A stretch of 64,000 bases of DNA, from contig JABAAC010000053.1 of assembly GCA_014238965.1 (NCBI GenBank), forward strand, positions 8,284 to 72,283. The letters are read 5' to 3'. Shown in pieces: positions 37,095 through 46,575 of this stretch. Made by a program: the position numbers and the translations under genes. The DNA comes from Phycisphaerales bacterium. Lineage in GTDB: Bacteria > Planctomycetota > Phycisphaerae > Phycisphaerales > SM1A02. Numbering within the stretch: position 1 is the first letter of the stretch; the number at the start of each line of letters is the position of its first letter. The notes under the pieces were generated by a model. That model worked only from the letters and a program-made list of their open reading frames with translations. It did not search any database and was not told the DNA's origin.

Positions 37095-38125
37095 CTTGGG
37101 CAAGCACTGCATCTGTTGACGACATTGCCGCACGCATTGGCTCTGCACATCGCGTGGTCTGCACAACCCACGCTCGCCCAGATGGTGACGCCATCGGCAG
37201 CGTGCTCGCACTTGTGCGAGGCATCTCTGCCATGGGCAAGGAGGCAAGTGGTTTGCTCATGGGCCCGGTGCCCCCAGCGTTGGAGCAACTTGTCGGTGCC
37301 ACAGAAGTTCGCTCGATTGAGTCCACGGATGAAATTGGGGACATCGATTGCGATCTCGTGATCGTTGTCGATACCGGCGCATGGTCACAAGTGCACCTGT
37401 TAGAAGCGTGGCTTCGTGCACGTACTAACCAGATTATTGTCATCGATCATCATGCCAGCGGCGATGAAGACCTCTCGCCAGTTCGGTTAGTCGATGCATC
37501 CGCTGCTTCTGCCACAGTTCTTGTATTGCAACTGTTCGAACACATGGGGTTGGAACTCGGCAACGGCGACGAGTCAGTTGCAGAGGCATTGTTTGCAGGG
37601 CTTGCTACTGATACGGGCTGGTTTCGCCAGGCCAATGCCGATGCAGCAGCGTTCAATGCTGCAGCAAGACTGCTCAACTGCGACGTTGACAAGAATCGGT
37701 TGTACCGCTTGATTGAAGAAACCGCGCGCCCTGAGCGATTGGCCCTTCAGGCCTGCCTCCTAGGATCGGTCGAGTGGATTGCCGCGGGACGTGGAGCCTT
37801 AATGCGCGTCACTGCAGAGGATTTCCATCAAACCGGTGGCCGGCGAGATGAGCTGACTGGCTTGGTAAACGAGCCTTTGGTTGTTGGTGGTGTCGAGTTC
37901 AGCGTGCTTATGGTTGAGGACAAGCCTGGAATAGTCAAAGTATCGATGCGTTCCAAGCCACCACGCGTTCGCGGCGGTGCATTTGTTGATGTGCGTGAAG
38001 TCACCGGGTACCTCGGTGGTGGTGGGCATGTGCACGCATCTGGCGCACGCATCGAGAGTGACCTGCCACAAGCACGCATGCGCGTGCTTGAAGCCCTCGC
38101 CAGCGCGGGCGTTCTGGACTCGTGA
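37091..38125 (+). CDS. DHH/DHHA1 phosphoesterase (NrnA-like oligoribonuclease / pAp phosphatase)
   Basis: HARPDGDAIGS, VIVIDHHASGD (DHH) and GGGGHVHASGA (DHHA1 GGGH) motifs. ATGA overlap with ribF. Confidence 0.75.
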   Translation: MTWASTASVDDIAARIGSAHRVVCTTHARPDGDAIGSVLALVRGISAMGKEASGLLMGPVPPALEQLVGATEVRSIESTDEIGDIDCDLVIVVDTGAWSQVHLLEAWLRARTNQIIVIDHHASGDEDLSPVRLVDASAASATVLVLQLFEHMGLELGNGDESVAEALFAGLATDTGWFRQANADAAAFNAAARLLNCDVDKNRLYRLIEETARPERLALQACLLGSVEWIAAGRGALMRVTAEDFHQTGGRRDELTGLVNEPLVVGGVEFSVLMVEDKPGIVKVSMRSKPPRVRGGAFVDVREVTGYLGGGGHVHASGARIESDLPQARMRVLEALASAGVLDS

Positions 38126-38676
38126 ACAAGCGGCTTTTCTCGCTCGCATGCGTATTGCTGTTGCTGGCGGTGGGTTCCGTGCTGCTTGGATTTGTCATGT
38201 CGTTGCGGTCCGTAACGCTTCAGCATGTAGAGGTGCCACCAGGAGCAACAGTGCACATTGATCAGCCAGGAACGTGGCTGTTGTGGCAGTCAGCACCAGC
38301 TGTGACATCGTCAAGTGCTCGAAAGCTGCCACATGCCTATCCGACACTCACGGCACAAACCGGTGCCGTCTTAGAGATGGCGCCTACGATTCGAACGATT
38401 GAATTCACCCACGGCGATGCATCGCTCATTGTCGTTGGCCGCTTTGAGGTTCAGTCTGCTGGCCTGTGGGAGTTGGGCCTCATCTCCAGCGAAGATGAGG
38501 TGAGACGCTCCTGGGCAATAGGCCTCGATCCGCTGCCCAACGTCAAGTTGTGGAGTCTGTTGACAGTTTCGGCGGCGATTATCTTGCTCGGCGCAGCGGC
38601 TTGCACTGGCTGGATTGCGATTCGTAGGCCCTCAAACCAAGCTTTGCCCTCAGTCAAAGGGTCCTCACGCGGGTAG
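38122..38676 (+). CDS. hypothetical membrane protein with a TM helix at each end
   Basis: GTGA overlap with the upstream stop. N-terminal LFSLACVLLLLAVGSVLLGFV and C-terminal LWSLLTVSAAIILLGAAACTGWIAI hydrophobic segments. Confidence 0.5.
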   Translation: MNKRLFSLACVLLLLAVGSVLLGFVMSLRSVTLQHVEVPPGATVHIDQPGTWLLWQSAPAVTSSSARKLPHAYPTLTAQTGAVLEMAPTIRTIEFTHGDASLIVVGRFEVQSAGLWELGLISSEDEVRRSWAIGLDPLPNVKLWSLLTVSAAIILLGAAACTGWIAIRRPSNQALPSVKGSSRG

Positions 38677-38701
38677 ACTGAGGGTGCTGGAGGACCTTGC
38701 C

Positions 38702-40219
38702 GTGGCCGCAGAATTTCGCACAGCACTTCGTGCCGGACGACTTCGACTACACCTTGTTTCGCTCGTTCGAGCTGGCCTGTGGTGGGTGCTGCCCTTCGCA
38801 TCCGCGGCGCTGTTGCTGGCAACGCTTCAGCGACTGGGTGTGTTGGATATTGCGTGGGGGTGGATCTCGATCGCCCTTGGAGGAGCCTGGGCGATTACCG
38901 CCATCGTGCGGGGCGGCGATTGGACAATGTCAGATGCCGATGTGGCGTTGGCCCTTGACGAGGGTCTTGGCTTAGACGATCGCTTATGCACCGCATTGGC
39001 GGCCCAAGAGAGCGATGGTGTAATGGCGGCTCGAGCTATCGACCAAGCGAGGCAGACCGTTGCAGGCAAAGTCACACGGCGCACACTGTCTGCTGCGATG
39101 CCTTGGCAGTGGCCTGGTTCTACGCCCTGGTCGGCGGGTGTGATCCTGCTGGCGGTATTCGTGGCAGGAACACCCGCATCGAGTGCTCTGGCGCATCAGG
39201 CTCGCGCACAGGCTGACGTGGCCTTAGCTCAGGCGGCTGAGTTGGCCCAGCCGCTTGCGTCGCATGATGAAGCCATTGCAGAGGCGCTCGCTGACATGCA
39301 ACTGCCGCTTCCAGAACTCGAGACACGCGAAGCGGTCGAACTTGAGGCGCTGCGACGATTGACAACGTTGCAAACGGCGATCGAGGCACTGAAATCGACC
39401 GATGCGCAGCAGGCCGCTGCTAATGCGGTCGAAGCACTTCGGGCGTTACCAGCGCGCGACACACATGCACAAGATATAGAAGCCATTCGCGAGGCTCTGC
39501 GGCGTGGTGATTTCAAGAAGGCCGGGAATGAGCTCAATGCACTTGCCCAATCAACGCGGGAGAACAAGCCACAGGGCGATCGTAAAGAAGCGATGGAAGC
39601 ACTCGCACAGGATCTTGAGGCTGCAGCTGAGCGGGCCGAGGCCATGGAACAACAACGAGGCGCAGAAGAGGGCAGCGATGCGGAGTCATCTGCCTCGGAC
39701 GCTCTTGAAGCCATGGCTCAGGACTTGCGTGAGTGCAGCGAGGGCGAATGCGACAAGCCATCGGAGGCGTGTGAAGAGATGAGTGAATGCAGTGAAGCTG
39801 CCCAAAGTGCAAAGCAAGCATCCGAGGCATGCGCGCAGGCTGCGGGGCAATGTTCCCAAAGCACTGGCGGTCCAGGCTCTGGTGCGCAACCTGCCAGTGG
39901 AGGCGGGCAATCGCCATCACCTTCCCAGGGCGATGCCACGGCGAACGTCTCGTTGCAGCCTCAGGCGCCGTCTGATGCAGCAGCAACCATCATCGACATC
40001 CAGTCGGTCGATGGAGGCCCCCGGGATCTCTCGGGTGTGCCCGTTGGCCCTGTCCCCGTGGGCGGCGCATCGGAGGTTGCCGAGCACAGAGGGCCATCGC
40101 CTGAGTCACTTCGCCGTTTGCCATCTCGTTATCAAGGGGCCGTTCGTCGCTTCTTTGGCTCAGGCGAACCTGCGGCTCCAGCAGCAGTACCACCTACCGA
40201 TGACGCAGGCGACACGTGA
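38702..40219 (+). CDS. hypothetical membrane-anchored acidic coiled-coil protein (DUF4175-like neighbour of Bat/MoxR operons)
   Basis: Hydrophobic segments near the N-terminus, a long Ala/Glu/Gln helical region, a Cys/Glu cluster (CSEGECDKPSEACEEMSECSEAAQ) and C-terminal LPSRYQGAVRRFF. The start is uncertain. GTG 38702 is preferred because GGAGGA lies 7 nt upstream. The track ORF starts at ATG 38615, inside the previous gene. Confidence 0.5.
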   Translation: MAAEFRTALRAGRLRLHLVSLVRAGLWWVLPFASAALLLATLQRLGVLDIAWGWISIALGGAWAITAIVRGGDWTMSDADVALALDEGLGLDDRLCTALAAQESDGVMAARAIDQARQTVAGKVTRRTLSAAMPWQWPGSTPWSAGVILLAVFVAGTPASSALAHQARAQADVALAQAAELAQPLASHDEAIAEALADMQLPLPELETREAVELEALRRLTTLQTAIEALKSTDAQQAAANAVEALRALPARDTHAQDIEAIREALRRGDFKKAGNELNALAQSTRENKPQGDRKEAMEALAQDLEAAAERAEAMEQQRGAEEGSDAESSASDALEAMAQDLRECSEGECDKPSEACEEMSECSEAAQSAKQASEACAQAAGQCSQSTGGPGSGAQPASGGGQSPSPSQGDATANVSLQPQAPSDAAATIIDIQSVDGGPRDLSGVPVGPVPVGGASEVAEHRGPSPESLRRLPSRYQGAVRRFFGSGEPAAPAAVPPTDDAGDT

Positions 40220-41313
40220 TACCGTTTCGATGTGGAAACAACGTGCGCGTGTGCTGGGCGATGGCACCTGCACTAGCCTTGCCACTTGTTGCGGTTAGTT
40301 GTTCGTCGGAATCAAGCGACACCGCCACATCTTCGAAGATTCCAACACTTGTGGTCTATGTGTCCGCAGATGGCGCGCTTGCTAAGACGGTGCTCGACGC
40401 ATTCATTGCGGACACCGGTGTCGAAGTGAACATCGTTGGTGATACCGAAGCATTTAAGTCGACGGGACTGGCCAGGCGCATTGACGCAGAGCGAGATCGT
40501 CCGGTGGCAGATGTGTTCTGGTCATCCGAGACGGCGCAGGTTGCCAAGCTGGCCGAGATGGGGTTGCTTGAGCCGATTCTCACGCCGATTACGAAAGCGT
40601 GGCCCGAGCAGTGGCGTGACAGCGACCATCGCTGGCACGGCTTTTCACCGCGGCCACGAGTCGCCGTGTGGGATCCTCAGCGCATTGGAGATGTACGGCC
40701 GCCTACCACTTGGCATGAAGCGATTGATGGTCGATTCGGGGACGCTGTCGTGATGGCAGATCCTCGGTTTGGTACCACTGGCGGTCACTTGGCGTCCATG
40801 CGGCAGTGGTGGGTTACTCGTGGACAATCCAGCCGGTGGGATTCGTTCTTGCAGGGGCTTCGCGAGGGCAGAGTGCAGGTGCTTCCCGGGGGGAATGCAG
40901 CAACAGTCGATGCGGTGATCCGCGGTGAGGCATTGCTGGGCATGACCGACCTCGACGATGCCCTGGCTGCCAAACACCGAGGCAACGCTATTGAAATTGG
41001 GATGCTTCGTCACGATGAGATCGCAGCGGGCGGCGCGATGCTCACACCCAACGCGGTTGCTCGAGTGCGTGGTGGTCCACATGGTGACGATGCGATTCAG
41101 CTTATTGAGTGGCTGCTGAGTCCACGGTGCGCCATACTGCTGGCCGCGTCAAGCTCCGCCAATATGCCATTGCAGCGTGATGTGCAGGAGCAGTTTCCAT
41201 TGTTGGTTGTGGAGGACCCACTAGGTGTTGATCACACAGCAGCTGCATTGCAACTTGACGTGACTTTGGCGGAGGTGCTCGAGGCCCTGCGCATCGCTCG
41301 CGAGGCGTCCTAA
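40216..41313 (+). CDS. ABC transporter periplasmic substrate-binding protein, FbpA/AfuA (ferric iron)-like
   Basis: LVVYVSADGALAKTVLDAFIADTGVEVNIV ... PVADVFWSSETAQVAKLAEMGLLEPI parallels the FbpA fold pattern. Lipobox LVAVSCSS. GTG 40216 gives a GTGA overlap with the upstream stop; the alternative start is ATG 40261. Confidence 0.65.
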   Translation: MIPFRCGNNVRVCWAMAPALALPLVAVSCSSESSDTATSSKIPTLVVYVSADGALAKTVLDAFIADTGVEVNIVGDTEAFKSTGLARRIDAERDRPVADVFWSSETAQVAKLAEMGLLEPILTPITKAWPEQWRDSDHRWHGFSPRPRVAVWDPQRIGDVRPPTTWHEAIDGRFGDAVVMADPRFGTTGGHLASMRQWWVTRGQSSRWDSFLQGLREGRVQVLPGGNAATVDAVIRGEALLGMTDLDDALAAKHRGNAIEIGMLRHDEIAAGGAMLTPNAVARVRGGPHGDDAIQLIEWLLSPRCAILLAASSSANMPLQRDVQEQFPLLVVEDPLGVDHTAAALQLDVTLAEVLEALRIAREAS

Positions 41314-41317
41314 TCGC

Positions 41318-43747
41318 ATGCGTGCGGGTCGGGTGTTCGTGGTGTGGCCGTCGGTGTTGCACACAGGCCTTTGGGCACTGCTCGTTCTGGCACCAGCGCT
41401 GGGTGTGATGCTGTCTCAAGGCGCAGTTGCCGGCCCAGTTGATCTGCATGCCGCTTCGTCCTTAGTGCTTCCTAGTTGTGCATGGGCCCTTGGCGTGGGC
41501 GTTGTGTCGACTGTCATTGGGCGACTTGGAGCACCGGCGATCATGCGCAATCCAAGGCGATGGATTGCGTGGGTATTGCCCGCAGCCCTTATGCCCGCAG
41601 CGGGTGTGTTCTATGCGTGGTACTCCATGGCTGCACCCGACAGTGTCATCGGCCGCGCTGCCATGGAGGGCGGATGGATGCCACTGCTGCGGCAGACATT
41701 GCTTGCTGGGGCACTTGTTTCCACAACGTGGCCGCTTGCGGCAATGCTCCTGACGCAACTGCCATTGCACAGGGCACCCTCCGAGCGTGCGCTGCAACGT
41801 TTGGACGGCGTTACGCCTTGGCAGGGTTTCTGCCGCCGTGCTCACGTGGAATGGCCTGGATTACTGGCAGCCGTTGGTCTTGTGGCAGCACTCACGATGC
41901 TATCCACGACAGTATTCGATCTTGCAGGAGAAGCGACGGCGAGCACCGAACTGCGCTCGCGGCTAGCGTTAGGGGCCGGGGCGATGCAGATCGCCGGGCC
42001 ACTGGCCATCACGCTTGTGCCCGCCGCAGCAGGCGGCTGCGCACTTTGGTGGGTGCTCTGTCGTGATCAATCGCCCACCTGGTCCTTCTCACGGGGCGCA
42101 ACGTGTGTGTCGGCAGACGTGTGGGTCGGTTTCATTGTCTTGGTCACCTGGATTGGACCGCTCATTGCGTTGTTGGTGTTGTCAGGTGTGCCTGAGTCAT
42201 CTTTCGCAGGGCTGGTCAGTGCAACGGTGCGCGCCGTGGGACGAGGATTGCTCGTAGGTGTCTTGGCAGCGGTCAGTGTGCTGGTCTTCGTGGCAGTGGG
42301 GCGTAAAAGTGTGTCGCCATCAAGTATTGCTTCTACAGCTTTCAGACACAGCATGTCACTGACTTGGCTTATTGCAGCGATGTTGCCAGCTGCATTTGTT
42401 GCAGCAGGGTGGGGGGCGCTGCAGATGCTGATGCCTACTTGGATGCAACGGGCCGGTGTTGGCCGTGTCTTTGCGTTGTTGCTTCCTGCGACCGCCATCG
42501 CCTTGCTCGTCGCACGCCTGATTGTGCGCGGCGAGGTTCGTGCCGAGGCAGAGTTACGACGTTTAGATGGTCCCCCCTGGTGGCGCGTGTCCCCTTTGAC
42601 GCGACGGGGCATGTGGATCGTGGCAGGACTGGCCGCGGCCTGGAGTATGTTTGTCCCGGCAATCGAGAGCATGCTTGCGCCTCCATCAGCGGGACCGCCA
42701 TTGGTGGTTCAACTGGTTGACGCCATGCATTACCAGCGTCCAGAGTCTGTCATTTTGGTGTTGTGGGTTATTGCGGTGATGGCTTTCGCTGCCGGACTCA
42801 TTACGGCCCTTCGACTTCCTCGAAGCATTAGGACCGCAGCATCTGTGATGCTCGTTGCAATGCTGGTGATATTGCCCGCATGTGAGTCGCCCACAGTATC
42901 TGAATCCGCAATCCCGCCACTGCCGGTGCATCGCGTGGTGGGCGGGCCAGGCACGGCACCGGGGCGATTCGTTTCGCCGCGTGCCGCATCTGCAAACAAT
43001 GGTGTGCTTGTTGTGATCGACCGAAGTGGCCGCCTCCAACGCATTGGCGACAAAGTCGAGGAAGTCGACTTGCCGTTGCTTGGCACGGGCTTTCCAACGG
43101 GCGTGTACTTATGTGACGACGGTCTTGCGCTTGTGGCTGATACACATGGCTCACGAGTGCTTGGTGTGTCTGATACTGGATTGGTGCAAACGATCATCGG
43201 GTCCGGTGTGGACCATGCGCCATCGCTCGTCAATCCCACCGACGTCGTGCGCGGCCCTGATGGGTTGGTATACGTCAGTGAGTACGGTGAGGTGGATCGC
43301 ATCGTTGTGTGTACGTCAGATGGTCGGCTGGTTCGTGTGTTGGGTGAAAGTGGAAGTGCTCCGGGCCAGTTTCGGCGACCGCAGGCCATGGCATTCGATG
43401 CTGAAGATCGCCTTTGGGTTGCCGATGCGTGCAATCATCGACTGCAGTTGCTTGACCCGATGTCAGGCGACGCCATTGCCGTGATCGAGGGGCTTGTGCG
43501 GTACCCATACGGCATCGATGTGCTGGCTAATGGCGACTTGCTGGTGGCCGAATACGGGGGAAACGTCCTTCGTCGGATCGAGCCAGTAACAGGCAAGAGC
43601 CAAGTCTGGGGCGGATGGGGTGATGCCCCAGGGCAACTTCGCACACCTTGGTCAGTGTCAATCGATCACAATGCTTCAGTGGCATGGGTGGTGGACACCG
43701 GCCATGATCGGGTACTCGCCGTCGATCTGGAGACCTTGGCATGGTGA
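41318..43747 (+). CDS. FbpB-like double-domain ABC permease fused to a C-terminal six-bladed NHL-repeat domain
   Basis: About 500 aa of TM segments with two degenerate EAA-like loops (ERALQRLDGVTPWQGF; EAELRRLDGPPWWRV). From about 42875 there are six NHL-like blades (for example FRRPQAMAFDAEDRLWVADACNHRLQLLDP and YPYGIDVLANGDLLVAEYGGNVLRRIEP). Confidence 0.6.
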   Translation: MRAGRVFVVWPSVLHTGLWALLVLAPALGVMLSQGAVAGPVDLHAASSLVLPSCAWALGVGVVSTVIGRLGAPAIMRNPRRWIAWVLPAALMPAAGVFYAWYSMAAPDSVIGRAAMEGGWMPLLRQTLLAGALVSTTWPLAAMLLTQLPLHRAPSERALQRLDGVTPWQGFCRRAHVEWPGLLAAVGLVAALTMLSTTVFDLAGEATASTELRSRLALGAGAMQIAGPLAITLVPAAAGGCALWWVLCRDQSPTWSFSRGATCVSADVWVGFIVLVTWIGPLIALLVLSGVPESSFAGLVSATVRAVGRGLLVGVLAAVSVLVFVAVGRKSVSPSSIASTAFRHSMSLTWLIAAMLPAAFVAAGWGALQMLMPTWMQRAGVGRVFALLLPATAIALLVARLIVRGEVRAEAELRRLDGPPWWRVSPLTRRGMWIVAGLAAAWSMFVPAIESMLAPPSAGPPLVVQLVDAMHYQRPESVILVLWVIAVMAFAAGLITALRLPRSIRTAASVMLVAMLVILPACESPTVSESAIPPLPVHRVVGGPGTAPGRFVSPRAASANNGVLVVIDRSGRLQRIGDKVEEVDLPLLGTGFPTGVYLCDDGLALVADTHGSRVLGVSDTGLVQTIIGSGVDHAPSLVNPTDVVRGPDGLVYVSEYGEVDRIVVCTSDGRLVRVLGESGSAPGQFRRPQAMAFDAEDRLWVADACNHRLQLLDPMSGDAIAVIEGLVRYPYGIDVLANGDLLVAEYGGNVLRRIEPVTGKSQVWGGWGDAPGQLRTPWSVSIDHNASVAWVVDTGHDRVLAVDLETLAW

Positions 43748-46575
43748 TCCTGCAATATCCCCTAGCGTTGTTGGCCTTGGTGCTCGTTCCAGTGCTGGCC
43801 ATCAGTGCAAGGCGTTTGGCGCCGCGCATTGGCCTCGTTCGAGCGTGGTCGTCCTGGGGAATTCGAAGTGTGATCATCGCGTTGTTGGCGTTGGCACTGT
43901 CGCAACCACTGTTCCCACGTGGCACCTATGACGTCACCGTAGCAGTGATTATGGATCGCAGTCGAAGTGTCTCGGATGCTGGTCGTGAGGCTGCTGTTGA
44001 ATGGTTGTCTACTGCGCTGCATGGTGATGAACGAACGACTGGAGATCGTGTGGCGCTCGTGCATGTTGCAGCGCAGGCAGTCCCCGGTGCGATGCCAGAC
44101 CCAGCGTCAGAAGTGTCCTTGTCGGTGTTGCCAGGGCCGCGTGATGGAAGCGATCTGTATCGAGGCATTGAATTGGCTCGAGCCATGCTTCCCCAAGACA
44201 CGCGTAATCGTCTTGTGTTGGTGTCAGACGGACTTGATACAGAGGGAACATTGTCAGCAGCCCAGTCGACAGACAGTCCAATTGACGTGTTGGTGCTGCC
44301 CGTCGATCGGGCGCGTGATGTGCGCATCGAACGAATTGCTGCGCCAGGTCGTGCAGAGGCTGGTTCGATCGTTGACATGGACGTTGTGCTGCATGCTGCA
44401 GCGGCCGCTTCGGGCCGCATTGTGGTACGACGCAACGGTATACCCGTGGCGGTCGGTGAAGGTGGCAGTGCATCAGGCTTGCCGGTTCGATTGTCTCAAG
44501 GCACCACTGCGTTGAATTTGCAAGTTGTCGCGGGCAATGATTTGACGCGACTCGAGGCGACGTGGATCCCAGACAATCGCACGGGCGATGCTCCCGAAAA
44601 CGACCAAGGCCGCGCGGTTGTGCTGTCGGCAAGAACCGGCACAGTCATGTTGGTCAGTGAGCGACCCGAATCGCTCAGCGGGCTGTTGTCGATGCTTCAA
44701 AGCGGCGGGGTCAACGTACGCACTGGTACGCCATCGGATTTGGCACAAGGCAGTGCGGTACTTGCGTCGATCGATGGTCTTGTGCTGGTGGATGTTCCAA
44801 GGTGGGCGCTTCCCTCGCGTTTCGACACACTGCTAGCAACCTGGGTGGAATCGACAGGTGGAGGGCTGCTGATGACGGGTGGGGCATCAGCGCTTGGTGC
44901 TGGTGGGTGGATAGGATCAGAGGTAGAACGGGTGTTGCCCGTCAAACTAGACCCGCCCGCGCAGCGACAAATCCAACGCGGTGCCTTGGTGCTGGTCATG
45001 CATGCATGCGAAATGGAACGTGGCAACTACTGGGGTCGCGTCATATGCGAAACGGCCATTGAAGCGTTGACCGCGCAGGACCTCGTGGGCATCGTCGAGT
45101 TCAATCATGCGTCAGGGGATGTTGAGTGGGCGCTGCCATTGCAACCTGCCGGTGATAAGGTCAATGCCCTGCGAGCAGCCCGTCGGCTTGCGTATGGCGA
45201 CATGCCTGACTTTGCGCCATCCATGCATTTGGCAGTAGAGGCGCTCGCCGAGGCCGATGCAGGCCAGCGACACATTGTGATCATTTCCGATGGTGACCCC
45301 CAGCCCCCGACAGTTGCTCTGTTGGAGCGGATGTATGCACTAGATATTCCAGCATCGACAGTTTTAGTCGGTGGACATGGCCGCCCTGAAGATCAACGTC
45401 GGATGGAATACATCGCTTCGGCAACGGGTGGTGATTTTCATCGAGTAACCGACCCAGACCAACTGCCCCGCATCATGATTGAGGCAGCCCAATTAGCCTC
45501 GCGCAGCTTTGTGCAAGAGGGTGAAGCGTTCGTTGCTGAAACGAATGCAGCATCAGGGCCGCTTGCAGGGTGCAGTGTGCCACCGCCAGTAGACGCATAT
45601 GTCTTGTCCGCCGTACGTGAGGCGCCCGCATCGACGCCTTGGGTGTTGTCGGGTGATGAAGGCACGGATCCACTTGTCGCGTGGTGGTATCAGGGCAATG
45701 GGCGAGCGGCGGTTATCACTGTGCCACCAGACGAGGGATGGACCCCGCAATGGAATCAGTGGCCCGATCGTGATCGGTTATGGATTCAACTGGCTCGATG
45801 GTTGCGGCCATCGCCCGATGATGGTGCGTGGGCGTTGCAACTGCGCGAAGGCCAGGGAGGTCGTGTGGAAGTTGCCATCGAAGCTGCTACGGCCACGACA
45901 CGGGACGTACTGCCCACGGCCAGTGCGGTCGTGCTTGCCCCAGATGGTTCCACTAAGAAAATGGCTTTGGAGCCAACGGGCCCAGGGCGTGCCGTTGGTG
46001 TCTTCACCATGGATATGCCCGGCGAGTGGCTCGCTGTTGCAGCCGTGAGCGTGCCCGATTCCGACGCACCCATGTTTTTGCGAAGTGCGATAGCGCAAGC
46101 ATGGCCGGATGAAGATCGCGCCGAGCATGCCGATGTGGCGGCGCTTGAGCGACTTGCACAGGCCACTGGGGGTCGGGTGCATCGATTGTCTGATCAGCCT
46201 GACCGTGCAGGACTCTTTGACCGTGCAGGGCTCAAACTGCTCGTAGCGCCCGCACCAATTTGGCCATGGCTTGTGATTGTCGCTGCCATCATGCTGCCCA
46301 TCGATGTCGCTATTCGCCGATTGGTACTTCGACGTGAGTCAACGGGCGTTCAGATTTCGACACCCACAGGACATCGAGTTTCCCCGCGGCGTGTCACCAA
46401 AGATGCTCGAGGGTCCAAGCCCGCGCAGCACGTACAGGCCCCCTCATCTCAACAAGCTGCACCAAAGTCAGGCGACAAAGGCAAGGATGATGCCTTAGTT
46501 GAGGGGTCTGATGCGATGGATCGCTTGCGACGTGCTCGGCGCCAAGGCCGTGGTGAGTCAGAGGATCTGTCATGA
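43741..46575 (+). CDS. large membrane-anchored VWA-domain protein (BatA-N-like TM pair, VWA, GATase1-like, second VWA-like region)
   Basis: N-terminal double-TM region, VAVIMDRSRSVS MIDAS-like block, VLVDVPRWALP ... GGGLLMTGG, IVIISDGDPQPP, C-terminal TM IWPWLVIVAAIMLPIDVAI. ATGGTGA overlap with the upstream gene. Confidence 0.6.
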   Translation: MVILQYPLALLALVLVPVLAISARRLAPRIGLVRAWSSWGIRSVIIALLALALSQPLFPRGTYDVTVAVIMDRSRSVSDAGREAAVEWLSTALHGDERTTGDRVALVHVAAQAVPGAMPDPASEVSLSVLPGPRDGSDLYRGIELARAMLPQDTRNRLVLVSDGLDTEGTLSAAQSTDSPIDVLVLPVDRARDVRIERIAAPGRAEAGSIVDMDVVLHAAAAASGRIVVRRNGIPVAVGEGGSASGLPVRLSQGTTALNLQVVAGNDLTRLEATWIPDNRTGDAPENDQGRAVVLSARTGTVMLVSERPESLSGLLSMLQSGGVNVRTGTPSDLAQGSAVLASIDGLVLVDVPRWALPSRFDTLLATWVESTGGGLLMTGGASALGAGGWIGSEVERVLPVKLDPPAQRQIQRGALVLVMHACEMERGNYWGRVICETAIEALTAQDLVGIVEFNHASGDVEWALPLQPAGDKVNALRAARRLAYGDMPDFAPSMHLAVEALAEADAGQRHIVIISDGDPQPPTVALLERMYALDIPASTVLVGGHGRPEDQRRMEYIASATGGDFHRVTDPDQLPRIMIEAAQLASRSFVQEGEAFVAETNAASGPLAGCSVPPPVDAYVLSAVREAPASTPWVLSGDEGTDPLVAWWYQGNGRAAVITVPPDEGWTPQWNQWPDRDRLWIQLARWLRPSPDDGAWALQLREGQGGRVEVAIEAATATTRDVLPTASAVVLAPDGSTKKMALEPTGPGRAVGVFTMDMPGEWLAVAAVSVPDSDAPMFLRSAIAQAWPDEDRAEHADVAALERLAQATGGRVHRLSDQPDRAGLFDRAGLKLLVAPAPIWPWLVIVAAIMLPIDVAIRRLVLRRESTGVQISTPTGHRVSPRRVTKDARGSKPAQHVQAPSSQQAAPKSGDKGKDDALVEGSDAMDRLRRARRQGRGESEDLS

